Origin: Anthoceros angustus
Lineage: Eukaryota; Plantae; Anthocerotophyta
DNA: 64,000 nt
Direction: 5' to 3'
Assembly: GCA_010909165.1 (NCBI GenBank)
Contig: MU008210.1
Coordinates: forward strand, 186,001 to 250,000
The translations under genes were made by a program, and so were the position numbers. The notes beneath the pieces were generated by a model, which searched no databases, was not told the DNA's origin, and saw nothing but the letters and a program-made list of their open reading frames with translations. This document shows positions 61,801 to 64,000 of the stretch, one piece after another (positions within the stretch are counted from its first letter, which is position 1; every line of letters starts with the position of its first letter).

Positions 61801-64000
61801 TTTCCGAAATGCGAGTCGAACATGAAACTTCATCCGGGAAGTGTTATTTTGGTATGACGGAGGGCATTTGTTAGCACATCGAGTCTCTGCGAGGATTGCG
61901 GTAGATAAGGAGAAAGTAGCAATTATAGGAGATGGACGCCTTGAGCAGTGCGTGCTTTTGTAGGAGGGATAAGGGAGGTTCATCAAGGATTTCGCTAAGA
62001 AGGCAGCCTTGTTGACAATTGACCAAGAAGGATACACCTTCGAATGGACAATGCAGAGGAGGCTTTTCGGTGAAGGACGGCTTGGTGAGCGCACCAACGT
62101 TACAACCGCGATTGGAGAAACCGTTTCACGTATCGTGGATGTGTCCGCTTATGCCATTGGGACCGTCTTAAGCGGAAGGGCGAGAAGAAAGCGGGATCAT
62201 CCGATTTTCTATGCGAGGCGGCTCACGGATCGAAGAACTACTCAACCACGGAGGGAGGGTCTTGGTATCATTTACTCTGTAAGAAGTTTAGACACTATCG
62301 CTTGCTTGCAAGGTGGCGTTCATGTTGACCATTTTGCGTTGAAGTACCTTGTCAACAAGCGGTTGTCGGGAAGGATTGCCGGATGGGTACTACTGCTGCA
62401 AGAGTTTGATTACGTAGAAACTAGGCGGGAAGCACATCAAAATGCTGATTTTATTTCTCGAAACGAGAGGCGGACCACCGATTTCACGAGGAGTTGGTCG
62501 CCACACTGGTCGAAGGGGAGGACGTGAGCATGTTGTAGACGGCCTAAGAATTGATCAGCAAGTCTTGTTGCCGGAGAGGCCAAATGAGCAAGAAGGAGCG
62601 TTGTGCGGGAAAAGCTGCAGGACAATCTGGAAATCGGGAGATAGGATGGCGCCAGCGAGGAGGAGGCTGAATGCTCCTCAAGGGTGAGCAGTCGGAGGGC
62701 TGCAAGTGGAGGCCACGAGTTGGCAAAAGGAAGGAGGTGCACCCCATGACAAGTTTGAAGAAAACTGGGAGAAGGAGATGGCATTCATGGGAAATCACTC
62801 GAGGAGGACATGGAGGTGCAGGCAAGAGGTCGCCATGGGAGCACGAGTGGACCTAGACACGAGGCTAGACCAGCGAATGGAAGAGATCAGCCGTTGAGGA
62901 GGAGCATGCACACTGCGAAGGCGTGCGGCATGGGCGAAGCGAGGCGGATTTGTAGATAGATCCACGCCACAGGGCTACTGCAACGAGCTAGCGAGGAGGC
63001 GGCGTAGTATGCCCGGAAGGAGGAGATTAGAACGTGAGGGGCGTTCATGCCCAAGATATCTCTGAACGGTGAAATCAGTTCTGGAGCATGGAATCATGCC
63101 CGATGGTTTGTCAGGAGGCGGGCTGTTTTCTCCATAAAGCCTCGCCCCTATTGCCTAGGAGCGTCTATACAAGCTTGGGCCGGACGAGAAGATCCGGAGG
63201 TGCCTCGAGGTTGAAGAGGCTGCACTCGTCACGGAGGCACTACATGCAGAAGAGGCAGGTGGACACTATTCGGTACAGGTGACCGTTAAGAAGATCTTAA
63301 ATGCAGGGTTCTGGTGGGCTACGATGCAGAAGGATGTGTGGGAGTTCACTCGGAGGTGTGATGCGTGTCAGAGGGTTGGGCGGCCTACGTTGTCGACACA
63401 ATGGCCTCTCACCTACATACTACCGTTAGCACCATTCGAGAAGTGGGGAATCGATTTTGTGGGGCCGATCAAACCACCAACCCAATGGACGAAGAAGCAG
63501 TACATTCTGGTGGCCACAGACTATTGCACGAAGATGGTGGAAGCGGAAGCGACGAGGAAGGACGACGCACCTGCAGTGGCAAAGTTTTTATTCGAGAACA
63601 TCATAACGAGGTACGGGTGTCCTTTAGAGTTGGTCAGCGACCGAGGGACACATTTCCTCAACTCTGTCGTTGAGTCCCTAACCACCTACTTCAACATTCG
63701 GCATCGAAAGACGACCCCCTACAACCCCAAGGCGAATCGGATTGACGGAGAAGACGAATGGGTTGCTGCACAATCCTCACCAAGGTGTAAACACACATGT
63801 ATGATTGGGATGCTAAGTTGCATTGACCCAGTGGGCCTGAGAAGGTAACCACCAAGAAGACCCTTATTATCGGCGTATGGCATGTCACCTGTGATGCCGT
63901 GGAATTTGAAGTACCTACCTACGGGATCATGGAGGATGAGCATGGTGTAGAGGATAGTCGTAGCTAGGTTAGAATCTTTCATAGAGCAGGAGGAACGTAG
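58857..64000 (+). pseudogene. pol: Athila-like pol (PR C-terminus, RT, RNase H, linker, integrase), copy 4
   Basis: YIVMRPVSDLGYKVLIGWPWLY; DHHPLPFMDSVLD; LLLQEFDY; ORF 63279-63848 CDACQR...FEKWGIDFVGPI...SDRGTHF. Confidence 0.94.
59374..63002. repeat. Tandem duplication of RT-RH-linker, units 59374-61221 and 61222-63002
   Basis: CGTAGTATGC at 59374, 61222 and 63003. Confidence 0.93.

Noticed and set aside
1-64000. Programmed frameshifts or stop read-through in gag-pol regions
   Set aside because: Indels are everywhere and differ between duplicate copies, consistent with sequencing error or decay.
1-64000. Prokaryotic origin of the window or a host gene cluster
   Set aside because: Apart from the 500-bp smc piece, nearly all sequence is assignable to eukaryotic LTR or TIR elements. 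Most short ORFs in the track are frameshifted TE pieces or their antisense shadows.

Overview
The window is a eukaryotic, most likely non-seed land plant, retrotransposon nest. The host is inferred from the TE families only. I recognised no intact host gene, rRNA, tRNA or CRISPR array. Dense 1-bp indels point to unpolished long-read consensus and/or decay, so all proteins were rebuilt by eye across frameshifts. It contains: (1) several pieces of an Athila-like (tRNA-Asp-primed) Ty3/gypsy family with a long accessory ORF after pol; (2) five Ty1/copia elements or fragments, two of them full length with paired LTRs and 5-bp TSDs (24332-31400, ATTTC; 39165-43986, CCTAG); (3) a roughly 2.2-kb TIR element; (4) a roughly 500-bp bacterial smc fragment beside the single N; (5) four consecutive 1.3-1.85-kb tandem duplications with 8-10-bp junction microhomology. 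The standout is an 8.5-kb Ty3/gypsy element at 5361-13864. Its pol region reads gag-PR-[C5 DNA methyltransferase]-RT-RNaseH-integrase-[PHD finger]. Its ends are not TG...CA LTRs but a DIRS/Ngaro-like split direct repeat (A1...B1-A2-B2) with a shared GGTG core at both ends and at the B1/A2 junction. A second recurring theme is antisense accessory ORFs between pol and the 3' end of three different copia elements.
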